A stretch of DNA of 64,000 bases, from positions 5,816 to 69,815 of the IMG/VR virus record IMGVR_UViG_3300042010_000012; one strand, 5' to 3'. Positions 45,733-53,593 of the stretch are shown here, piece after piece. Numbering within the stretch: the first letter of the stretch is position 1; each line of letters starts with the position of its first letter. This stretch comes from a virus. The position numbers and the translations under genes were made by a program. Under the pieces are notes generated by a model, which saw nothing but the letters and a program-made list of their open reading frames with translations, was not told the DNA's origin and did not search any database.

Positions 45733-46815
45733 TCAATCGCCCTGTTTGATCAAATAACGGTTCGAAATTGCCTTGAACTGCCAGTTGCGAGTCAACGACT
45801 TGAACACCAAGCCCTCGCGAAACTTACCTTTCAAACCACTGTCACCATCGGCCAGAGCCAAGATTTCGGCCATAGTAGGAGGCAACATCATGCGCACGCT
45901 GAACGTAGGGACCATCTGCAAGTCAAGATCATCACAGACATGCCTTGCCTCACCAGGCAACATGTACTGCTGAGCATCGATGTCAAACACGTTGTAGACG
46001 TACAGCTCAACGTCATCCAAGCCTTCGAAGTTTGACTGGATACCAGGTCCAACCATCTCACCTTGAAGTGCAATGTTACGACCAGTCACGGCATGATAGG
46101 TGCGCAGTTTGTCGTCAAGGTTGTATTTGTTGAAGGTCTTGACAAAGAGGTTTTCCTCATTGCCTTCAAACTTCAGCTCCAGGTTACGCGAGCAAACGCC
46201 AGTGACAACAACATCCTCAGCATTTTTCTTGACATAGCCTGTGAAGCTGCTACCATCAAGCTTGTAGGTAACGTTGAACTCTTCCTGAGAGTCAACAGCG
46301 TCTTGATACTGACGCTTGAGGTTCTGCACCCGTTCCTGATCGGACTTGCGGATGAACTGCGGGAAGTTGCCTTTGGCCAACCCTGCAAGATTCGCATTGA
46401 CTGGGCGTTCCCATTTCAGGATGCCCAGGGTTTCAGTCAGGTCAGTTTCTGTGCCTACCAACAGGTCATCGGCCAACTGAACAGCGATAGCATCACCGTT
46501 AGGCAACTCTTTCACAGGGATCAACAAGCCTTGACTGATCTCACCGCGCAGTTTGATGGTGCGCAGACGCTCACCTTTGACGCCTTCGTAGACCTTCGGC
46601 TCTTTGTCTTTCGACAGGAACGGTGCGATCTCATGTGGAATCCAGCTGTCAACTTCGAAGTAACAGGCAATATCACCAGTCACATACAAACCTTTCTGAG
46701 CAACTACACGCCAGCCACCGATTGTGGCGATGTCAAGGGCATCAGCGTTTGGGTGTGCAATTACTTCATCCAGCACAACCAAACGCGCTAGTTTACGTTC
46801 ACTCATTTCTTTCAA
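45733..46815 (-). CDS. ATP-dependent RNA ligase with N-terminal tRNA-binding (Trbp111/EMAP-like) OB domain
   Basis: N-terminus VLDEVIAHPNADALDIATIGGWRVVAQKGLYVTGDIACYF matches the tRNA-binding domain signature (HPNADKL...QIVSG...PGD). Ligase motif I YKLDGSS (KxDG), motif IV EGLVFK, motif V FKAISNRYLIK. Confidence 0.6.
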   Translation of the reverse strand: MKEMSERKLARLVVLDEVIAHPNADALDIATIGGWRVVAQKGLYVTGDIACYFEVDSWIPHEIAPFLSKDKEPKVYEGVKGERLRTIKLRGEISQGLLIPVKELPNGDAIAVQLADDLLVGTETDLTETLGILKWERPVNANLAGLAKGNFPQFIRKSDQERVQNLKRQYQDAVDSQEEFNVTYKLDGSSFTGYVKKNAEDVVVTGVCSRNLELKFEGNEENLFVKTFNKYNLDDKLRTYHAVTGRNIALQGEMVGPGIQSNFEGLDDVELYVYNVFDIDAQQYMLPGEARHVCDDLDLQMVPTFSVRMMLPPTMAEILALADGDSGLKGKFREGLVFKSLTRNWQFKAISNRYLIKQGD

Positions 46816-47636
46816 TCCTTCAGGTCAGGGTGTTTGTGTTTGTTGTCAAGCATGAGTTCGATTTCACGCGCTTTGTAACTGATTTCTTCTTTGGAGAAGG
46901 TCGACTCACGGTAATCGTGATAGCGCTGCCATGCACGCATCATTTCATACATCGGTGTGTTGTAGTCAATCTCAGATATGCCAACCCCAAGCGACTTTGC
47001 TACAGCCAAGCGAACACCGAGGGCTGATAGATTGACACCTTCGAGATCCTCGCTGTAGAGTTTCGGATCGATCAACGCACCGACAGCACACATGCAACCA
47101 TCAGAGGTGCGATACTGACACGAACCGTGTTCACCGGCTGCTTGCTTGCCTTGCTTGAGCAAGTGGTCAGCAATATAGCCTGAAACTTGTTTGATATGAC
47201 GCTTGGTGATTTCACCGGTCATGTCGTACCGTTCGCGAGTTTTCAGGTGCTCATGCATTGTCGATGGAGAGTCTGGACTACCGGCGTCTGCACCTTCTTG
47301 AATCCAACGCCCGTAATTAATGCGGAATACAGGTTCACCGTCTTCGTACTGCGCGTATGCGGAATCGTGGTAGTTCTGCCAAGCTTTCAACAATGCGAGT
47401 GTGTCCACATCGAGCTTCATTTTCAGCGACAAGCCAACGGCGGTGATGATCTCTTCGCGCCCCATAGCCTTGCCTTCAAGTTCAGGGCTGTAGACTTCAT
47501 CGGGGATCAAACAACCGACGGCACACATGTTACCGTTGATGTTGCGATACTTACATGTACCATTGTTAGTTTCGCTTTTCGCCTTCTGTTTGATCAGATG
47601 GTCACGGATCTTTTCGGAGATTTGCAGGAGAGTCAT
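46812..47636 (-). CDS. tandem-duplicated Cys-containing domain protein (two copies of a ~130-aa module)
   Basis: Internal repeat L.Q.SEKIRDHLIKQ...G.C.YR...G.MCAVG.LI...Y.P.LEG...AWQ.YHD occurs twice. Confidence 0.5.
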   Translation of the reverse strand: MTLLQISEKIRDHLIKQKAKSETNNGTCKYRNINGNMCAVGCLIPDEVYSPELEGKAMGREEIITAVGLSLKMKLDVDTLALLKAWQNYHDSAYAQYEDGEPVFRINYGRWIQEGADAGSPDSPSTMHEHLKTRERYDMTGEITKRHIKQVSGYIADHLLKQGKQAAGEHGSCQYRTSDGCMCAVGALIDPKLYSEDLEGVNLSALGVRLAVAKSLGVGISEIDYNTPMYEMMRAWQRYHDYRESTFSKEEISYKAREIELMLDNKHKHPDLKD

Positions 47637-48037
47637 ACGGTCAGTTCCTTGAGAATCATATCGTGGAAGTGGGTAGGGCTGTTTGGCTCATCGCTCGGCT
47701 TATTAACCCAGTCAGTGTAGCGATAGGTTTTAGTCGACAGCACGTCGCAACTTTCATAAAACGAATCGTGATACGACTGCCATGCGCGAAACAGTTGAGA
47801 CGCTGTTTCATCAACCAACACGCCAGACAGTTTGAGCGCATCAGTGATAGACGGGTCGTCTGCCATCTTACCTTCAAGGTCAGGGTCATATGCATCATCA
47901 TTGATGAGGCAACCGACTGCACACATCAAGCCTGCCTCACTGCGGTATTTGCAACTACCATGATCGCTTACGCTTTTGCTACGTTGTTTGATCAGATGGT
48001 CACGGATTGTTTCGGACAACTGTACAAGAGTTTTCAT
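47633..48037 (-). CDS. paralogue of the same Cys-containing domain (single copy)
   Basis: LVQLSETIRDHLIKQRSKSVSDHGSCKYRSEAGLMCAVGCLIND...FRAWQSYHDS. Coupled by ATGA to the upstream gene. Confidence 0.5.
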   Translation of the reverse strand: MKTLVQLSETIRDHLIKQRSKSVSDHGSCKYRSEAGLMCAVGCLINDDAYDPDLEGKMADDPSITDALKLSGVLVDETASQLFRAWQSYHDSFYESCDVLSTKTYRYTDWVNKPSDEPNSPTHFHDMILKELTV

Positions 48038-48042
48038 AACGA

Positions 48043-48381
48043 TTACCTCAAAAATGGATGTGGGAGACAGACTTGGATGTAAGCTTCACCTGGCTCGCCT
48101 TCACCTTCAAGACATCTGAAGCAGTTGGTAGGGAAGCCCAGCATTGTAAACAACTCTTGATGTTCCTCTAGAGTAGCCTCGCGGCCAAGTTCATCAAGCG
48201 TATTCACGCGCAACCTGTTCTCAACGTTAACCTGACTCAGTACGACAGCAACGACACTAAGCTTAGAGTTGATGAACGCCTCTTCAACAGAATGCATGAA
48301 GCGGTTGACGTTATCATACTGGCGAATCACGCGTTGAACGCGCACGCGCTTAGCCATTTCACTTGCTAACAAACGGTTCAT
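48043..48381 (-). CDS. hypothetical protein
   Basis: 112-aa ORF. Confidence 0.45.
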   Translation of the reverse strand: MNRLLASEMAKRVRVQRVIRQYDNVNRFMHSVEEAFINSKLSVVAVVLSQVNVENRLRVNTLDELGREATLEEHQELFTMLGFPTNCFRCLEGEGEPGEAYIQVCLPHPFLR

Positions 48382-48545
48382 TTTTGCTCCAGGAATTGTT
48401 GGGACTCACCTTCACCAATACAGATGGCGATTGTCTTACCCAGTTTAACAACTTCAGTGAACACGAGGCTACCAATAACATGGTTGAACGCAACTGCATC
48501 GGACATCAAAGAGTTGAAACGGTCTTTATCGATTTGAACGATCAT
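48379..48545 (-). CDS. possible small ORF (55 aa)
   Basis: ATG at 48545. ATGA overlap with the downstream gene. The + ORF 48363..48677 is judged a shadow. Confidence 0.3.
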
Positions 48546-48624
48546 GATATAAGGTCTCAGTCACTGTTGGTTACGCTGTCAGGCCCCAATTGTAGTACAC
48601 AGAATGCAATGCGTCAAGCGCTAA

Positions 48625-48867
48625 TCACACTACATCCAATTTATTTTTGTCTTCGAAGTATGCGTCAAGACGCTTGACGAACTTGGTAGCTTCACTGAAC
48701 GCTTGACCGTCGTCCATCTTCAGCATGTCAAGCAAACGCTCTTGAGCGGTACGCAGAAGGGCTTTCAGCTCGCGGTTTTCGCGCTGTGTGTGAGCAAGTA
48801 CCAAATTCGCGATGCGCGATGCTTTGTTAGGGTCTTCACCAGAGTAATAGAGAATACGTTCACTCAT
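48625..48867 (-). CDS. hypothetical protein
   Basis: 80-aa ORF. Confidence 0.45.
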   Translation of the reverse strand: MSERILYYSGEDPNKASRIANLVLAHTQRENRELKALLRTAQERLLDMLKMDDGQAFSEATKFVKRLDAYFEDKNKLDVV

Positions 48868-49082
48868 GATGTAATTACCTCGGCTTCAGTTTCGATCCAT
48901 ACGCGAGCACCACAAGCAAGAGGCTTATCGGGTGAATAGACTACGCGACTAGGGCCTTTAATCTCGACCTCATGCGCGTAACGATTTTCCTTGTACGTCT
49001 TCACAGTAAGAGTCGGTTTGTTCTCACCGTTCTTCGCGTTCGACTTGATAACATGTTGGTTCACATGTATGACTGTTTTCAT
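48864..49082 (-). CDS. hypothetical protein
   Basis: 72-aa ORF with ATGA coupling. Confidence 0.45.
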   Translation of the reverse strand: MKTVIHVNQHVIKSNAKNGENKPTLTVKTYKENRYAHEVEIKGPSRVVYSPDKPLACGARVWIETEAEVITS

Positions 49083-49083
49083 G

Positions 49084-49392
49084 TCAATACAAATCCTCGC
49101 TGAACAGTTCGGTCGAACCCTGATTACCAGACTTCAGACGGCGCTTGTTGAGTTGACCACCAGCCAGAGCGATCTTGTAAGCCTCACTGCGATCCATGAA
49201 GACACCGAACTGGTCGATAAAGCCTTCTTCATACTCACCAAGGCCATCCGATTCGATCAGACGGTCTTCGTTCATACGGTCAAGTTGTGAATGCATGACC
49301 ATATCAAAGTGACGTGCACCTGCAATGATGACCTTGCCATAACGAACAGCCGCACAGACGACGAAACGCCCTTCAATCAGTACAGTGGACAT
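49084..49392 (-). CDS. hypothetical protein
   Basis: 102-aa ORF. Confidence 0.45.
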   Translation of the reverse strand: MSTVLIEGRFVVCAAVRYGKVIIAGARHFDMVMHSQLDRMNEDRLIESDGLGEYEEGFIDQFGVFMDRSEAYKIALAGGQLNKRRLKSGNQGSTELFSEDLY

Positions 49393-49563
49393 TAGAGGCA
49401 GCCTGCATTAGGCTGCTGTTGGTGACGCTTGTGATGATCTTCCATCAAAGCCTCACGGATGGCGTTCTCAAGCATGAACCTGCGATCATCAGCGCAGTCG
49501 GCATTACGGAGTGGGTCAATGTAGCGCTGTGCAATAGCACGAACGCGGCTTTCATCTAACATG
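49393..49563 (-). CDS. possible small ORF (56 aa)
   Basis: ATG at 49563, 2 nt after the upstream stop. Fills the gap exactly. Confidence 0.35.
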
Positions 49564-49564
49564 A

Positions 49565-49819
49565 TTACAGTCCTAATGAGGTTTTGAGAAGTTGGATTGC
49601 CACGAGGTTATCTTGCTCAAGTGCTGAGCCTTTATACCCGTCGTATTCATCGTACATCGTGTGATGTTGGTGGTTCGCTTCGATACACATCAAAGCATTC
49701 GCAAACACCCGAAGGCTCAGAGCGCGGGCTTTGATTTGGTAGTCATACTCGATGTGCGAAACAGTTTTGCGATTTTCGAGGTCAACCAAAGGCTTTTTGT
49801 GTTCGGCGTAAAGTGACAT
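49565..49819 (-). CDS. hypothetical protein
   Basis: Start at the ATG at 49819 (RBS GAGGGG), downstream of a PeSL-like promoter. The track ORF extends to 49918 through the promoter. Confidence 0.45.
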   Translation of the reverse strand: MSLYAEHKKPLVDLENRKTVSHIEYDYQIKARALSLRVFANALMCIEANHQHHTMYDEYDGYKGSALEQDNLVAIQLLKTSLGL

Positions 49820-49849
49820 GATGATCCCCTCTTCACATTTATTCCGTGC

Positions 49850-49878
49850 ATAGTAAAGGGGCCGAAGCCCCTTGTCAA
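49850..49878 (-). promoter_or_regulatory. sigma70-like early promoter with hairpin spacer (PeSL-like): TTGACA-AGGGGCTTCGGCCCCTT-TACTAT
   Basis: On the - strand, TTGACA, a 17-nt GC-rich palindromic spacer (GGGGC TTCG GCCCC), then TACTAT. The ATG at 49819 lies about 25 nt downstream. Confidence 0.45.
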
Positions 49879-49892
49879 AGGATTTGTTGGAC

Positions 49893-50078
49893 TTAGAAGT
49901 CGTCAGCGAGGTCAGCAACAGCAGTCACAAGACCATCGAAGTCTTCATTAGGACCGTAGACGTTGGCGAGTACAAACACAGCATCTTCATCAACGCCGTT
50001 TTCTTCAGCGAGCGAACGCAGATAGTGGGCACGAGATTTGTAGCCATTATCAGCGTAGACGTTCTGTGCGATGTTCAT
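49893..50078 (-). CDS. hypothetical protein (61 aa)
   Basis: Strong RBS AGGAG 7 nt before the ATG at 50078. Downstream of the second PeSL-like promoter. Confidence 0.45.
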   Translation of the reverse strand: MNIAQNVYADNGYKSRAHYLRSLAEENGVDEDAVFVLANVYGPNEDFDGLVTAVADLADDF

Positions 50079-50118
50079 GATGTAACTCCTGCTTCACGTT
50101 GTTTGTTTTGATGTGTCC

Positions 50119-50146
50119 ATGGTAAAGGGCCCGAAGGCCCTTGTCA
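50119..50146 (-). promoter_or_regulatory. second PeSL-like promoter: TTGACA-AGGGCCTTCGGGCCCTT-TACCAT
   Basis: Near-identical copy of the element at 49850 on the - strand. Hairpin GGGCC TTCG GGCCC in the spacer. Confidence 0.45.
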
Positions 50147-50163
50147 AGCATTTTGTGTGAGGA

Positions 50164-51102
50164 TTATTCTTCGATGTAGCTGAAGCTTTCGCACACATGG
50201 TTCGGGATCAGTTGACGATGCTGAATCCAGCCTTTGAAGTTACCTGAATGGAAGACACCTTTGCGATCCATGTGAGTGATACCCTCCTGCCATTCGGTCA
50301 AATGCTCATATGCACTATCACCCAAGCGCGGTTTCTCGATTGGAGTACCCTGGTGCTCGAACGGGCTAGCGTGTACTTTATCGGCCCCTACAAGACGATC
50401 ATAGAGCCCTACAGCTTTCTCAAGGCTGTCATCACTCTTACGATACGACACTTGGGCACAACATGACGAACTGATCTTCAGGGCTTCAGCCAGGGTGTAC
50501 TCATGAACATCTGTACCGCTACCTTCAAGGAACTCGCTCCAGTAGCCGTCGAAGTAGAACGGAACGTGCCACTCACCAGGTAGCAATAGACGCGGCGAAC
50601 TTTCGTTGTATGCAGCAAGCATCACGTTAGCCAGGACTTTGATGGTCGGATCAGCCATCTCGCAATGACGCAACCAGAACCAGTTGTCATATGAAGTCGA
50701 AGTCACAACCACTTTGATGTTCTGGGCGAACTCAGTACCACGGTTGGCGACTTGCTTGTGATAACCCGCTTCAGCAAAACCTTCACTGAACTTGGCAGCG
50801 CTCAGTGCCATCAGCTTCCACCATTCTTGAGGTGTGTAGCCGTTGATCAGTTCGAAGTGTTCACCAGCGTCCTGCATACCAGTCTGGTTCTTACCGAAGT
50901 GAACAGGCATTGCAGGGTCGTTCATGACACGATCAAGCACAGCCTTTGTAGGGATAGCGCGTGAACTTGCGGCATTACGCGAGAACTCACGGTGAGTCAT
51001 CAGCTCGGCGTGAACGATGCGCGGATAGTCGAGGACGAAGGTCGTAATACGGACACCATCTTCATTAATGGAGTCAGCAATGATTTCAGCAGTAACGGTC
51101 AT
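50164..51102 (-). CDS. thyX: flavin-dependent thymidylate synthase ThyX
   Basis: ELMTHREFSRNAASSRAIP matches the ThyX motif RHR..S...S.R. 312 aa. Confidence 0.8.
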   Translation of the reverse strand: MTVTAEIIADSINEDGVRITTFVLDYPRIVHAELMTHREFSRNAASSRAIPTKAVLDRVMNDPAMPVHFGKNQTGMQDAGEHFELINGYTPQEWWKLMALSAAKFSEGFAEAGYHKQVANRGTEFAQNIKVVVTSTSYDNWFWLRHCEMADPTIKVLANVMLAAYNESSPRLLLPGEWHVPFYFDGYWSEFLEGSGTDVHEYTLAEALKISSSCCAQVSYRKSDDSLEKAVGLYDRLVGADKVHASPFEHQGTPIEKPRLGDSAYEHLTEWQEGITHMDRKGVFHSGNFKGWIQHRQLIPNHVCESFSYIEE

Positions 51103-51275
51103 ACAGGTTCCTTAGGATTAGTGTGGGTCAGACATGCGACGTCGAAATTGACAATTCGAATATCGTTTAGGTCATCCACGTATGAGCATGTTGCCTTGAC
51201 GCCTACAAGTTTCTCAACAGTCATTTCAGGACTACCACTGTTCAAGAAAACGACGTCACCTTGTTTGATTGTCAT
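51099..51275 (-). CDS. DUF2158 (YodC-like) small protein
   Basis: MTIKQGDVVFLNSGSPEMTV matches the GDvV.LKSGGP.MTV signature. ATGA overlap with thyX. Below the track cutoff. Confidence 0.45.
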   Translation of the reverse strand: MTIKQGDVVFLNSGSPEMTVEKLVGVKATCSYVDDLNDIRIVNFDVACLTHTNPKEPV

Positions 51276-51277
51276 GA

Positions 51278-51664
51278 TTAGTTACCGTTATGAGCGAATT
51301 GGTCGAGGATGTGTGCGTCTTCTTCCTCGAAGACATGCGCAGGGATTTCTGGCAGTTCTGTGGCTTCAAGTGGTGCAGAGTTTGAAACACTTTCCAGAAC
51401 TTCAGCATCATCACCGTAGTGTTGTTTGCGTGCGATCATACCTTCAATGCGCCAGATCTTGTCGAGGGCTTCCTCACGCGAGTACTTGCGACCCAGTTCA
51501 TCTTTGAACTCTTCAGGGTTGATCGGTGCACTTTCACCAGTGACGTAATAGCCACCCCTGGTGTAAATGATGCACATCATGAAACGATCACCACGAGTGA
51601 GGTACTCTTCAGTCAGAACTTGGTTCTCGATCCATTCGTGCGACAACTTTTTAGGATTTGCCAT
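51278..51664 (-). CDS. hypothetical protein
   Basis: 128-aa ORF. Confidence 0.45.
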   Translation of the reverse strand: MANPKKLSHEWIENQVLTEEYLTRGDRFMMCIIYTRGGYYVTGESAPINPEEFKDELGRKYSREEALDKIWRIEGMIARKQHYGDDAEVLESVSNSAPLEATELPEIPAHVFEEEDAHILDQFAHNGN

Positions 51665-51896
51665 TCAGACGCGCCTCAAGTTGAGTGTAACCACCGATGT
51701 ATTCAGACATACCTTCAGCGGTCAGGAAGATTTGTGGGACAGAACTGATCGATGTACCGACCATTTCTTCAAGTTGTTCTTTCTGGATATCGTCACCGAC
51801 TACCTTATAGTCGAATTCGATACCTTTCATCTTGCACAACACTTTTGCCTTTTCGCAAAAGGTGCAGCCAGGACGGCCATAGATCAATGCCTTCAT
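51651..51896 (-). CDS. nrdC: glutaredoxin (NrdC-like)
   Basis: MKALIYGRPGCTFCEKAK is a CxxC glutaredoxin active site. 81 aa. Confidence 0.75.
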   Translation of the reverse strand: MKALIYGRPGCTFCEKAKVLCKMKGIEFDYKVVGDDIQKEQLEEMVGTSISSVPQIFLTAEGMSEYIGGYTQLEARLNGKS

Positions 51897-51928
51897 ATGT
51901 AACTCCAGAGGTGTATAATGTGATTTGT

Positions 51929-52207
51929 TTAGCGAGGGTTTATGATGAATTTGTTAAACACGAGGGCAATCGTGTAGTAAGGTTCAGCACACGGGCGGTC
52001 TTCGCAGTCATAGTCCATCACGTAACCTAGATTCTCCATGTCGCGAATGAAGCTAACACGATCCCAAGGAACTCGCTTAGAATCGATCCTGACGCGCATG
52101 TCTGAACTTGCGCGCATGCGTGGGAGTAAGTGATCTTTCAACCACTCTTCGAGCCCCTCACATGCTTGAGTTTCTTGGATCAGGGTGTACATCTCGTGTG
52201 CGTTCAT
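51929..52207 (-). CDS. hypothetical protein
   Basis: 92-aa ORF. Confidence 0.4.
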   Translation of the reverse strand: MNAHEMYTLIQETQACEGLEEWLKDHLLPRMRASSDMRVRIDSKRVPWDRVSFIRDMENLGYVMDYDCEDRPCAEPYYTIALVFNKFIINPR

Positions 52208-52398
52208 TGAACCAGACTCACAGTAAATGGCATATGTGTGTACGATGCATATACCAGTGCTGCACCGATACCCATAGGGATTAGAGCTTCAAAACAGAAC
52301 CTGCCACTGAATGCATTACCTATGAACAGCAACACAAGGCCACCGATACAAAAGAACGCTCCAGCAAATGTAATGATCAACCATCCAATAACAGCCAT
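52204..52398 (-). CDS. small membrane protein
   Basis: 64 aa with two hydrophobic helices. Confidence 0.4.
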   Translation of the reverse strand: MAVIGWLIITFAGAFFCIGGLVLLFIGNAFSGRFCFEALIPMGIGAALVYASYTHMPFTVSLVQ

Positions 52399-52459
52399 AC
52401 TTCACTCCTAATAATATATAAGCCCAACGCAATAGTGCGTCAGGCTATTATACATGTGA

Positions 52460-53548
52460 TTAGAAGTCAGTATCAAGCTCAGTTTCATCAACGTTCATAT
52501 CAACTTGGCCGGTTTGATACTGAAGGATAGTGTCTTCCTGTGGTGCAGGTTGATCATCATCACCAGTTTCATTCAGGAACTTGCGCATCCAAGGGATAGG
52601 CTCTTTAACCGGAACGGTGAAGTTTGGCTCAACACCATTACGGCGCATGCACTTACCTACATGGTATTGCAAGTAAACGATCAGCTCTTGTTCAGTCAGA
52701 CCGACAATCGGGCCTTTGCTGAACAGATACTTGATCCACTCAAGTTCTTGACGATAGACAGCATACAGGATTGCTTCGGCATCAGCCTGACATTCAATCG
52801 CGATCTTCGCCATATCAGGGTCTTCTTTCGGACTCTGACGCAGGACAAACTGAGTGAAACCACAGTGGAACGCTTCGTCTTGACGGATCAGTGTAACGAT
52901 CTCACCAGAACCCTTCATCTTACCACGGTTGGCAAACGAGAAGGTGCAAGCGAAACTTACATGGAACCGAATCTGCTCAAGGGCGTTGACTGCAACCATG
53001 CACAGGTAGAACGCTTTCTTGGTGCGATAGTCGCCGTAGTCGTATTCTTTGATGCACCGCAGGAGTTCGTCATAGTACTTGCTGATGTCGTCAGAACACT
53101 CGGCGATCTCACGGATCTCCTTCATCGTGTCATAGATTTCAGAGGCGTTGGCGTAGACGTTCTCAATGATATGCGTGTAGCTGCTCGAATGGATGCCCTC
53201 GTAGAAGTTCCATGCGTTGATGAATGCCTCTGCCCATGAGTCAGACACAATCGGCAAGAAACACAGTGCAGGGGCACGGCCTTGAACGCTGTCGAGGATG
53301 ATTTGACGCTTCAGGTTCGATGAGAAAACATGCTTCTCAGCTTCGGTGAAGTCGTTGTAGTCAATCTTGTCTTGAGACATGTTGACTTCAGTTGGTCGCC
53401 AGTAGTTGGCCAACTGGTTTTCAGTCAGACGTTTAACCATCGGATACTTGACGACGTCATAGCGCTGAATGTCAACAGTGCCAGCCTCATCGAAAAACAT
53501 CTTAGGCTTGTAAGTACCGTTTACATCACGGAAGTATAGAACAGACAT
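52460..53548 (-). CDS. nrdB: ribonucleotide reductase beta subunit NrdB
   Basis: 362 aa class Ia R2 with conserved iron-ligand E/H motifs. Adjacent to nrdA. Confidence 0.85.
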   Translation of the reverse strand: MSVLYFRDVNGTYKPKMFFDEAGTVDIQRYDVVKYPMVKRLTENQLANYWRPTEVNMSQDKIDYNDFTEAEKHVFSSNLKRQIILDSVQGRAPALCFLPIVSDSWAEAFINAWNFYEGIHSSSYTHIIENVYANASEIYDTMKEIREIAECSDDISKYYDELLRCIKEYDYGDYRTKKAFYLCMVAVNALEQIRFHVSFACTFSFANRGKMKGSGEIVTLIRQDEAFHCGFTQFVLRQSPKEDPDMAKIAIECQADAEAILYAVYRQELEWIKYLFSKGPIVGLTEQELIVYLQYHVGKCMRRNGVEPNFTVPVKEPIPWMRKFLNETGDDDQPAPQEDTILQYQTGQVDMNVDETELDTDF

Positions 53549-53593
53549 TGAAACTCCTAGAAAGGCCGAGTGTTACCTCGGCCATGTTTGATG

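Noticed and set aside
46063-46791. 242-aa + strand ORF
   Set aside because: It is antisense to the RNA ligase gene.
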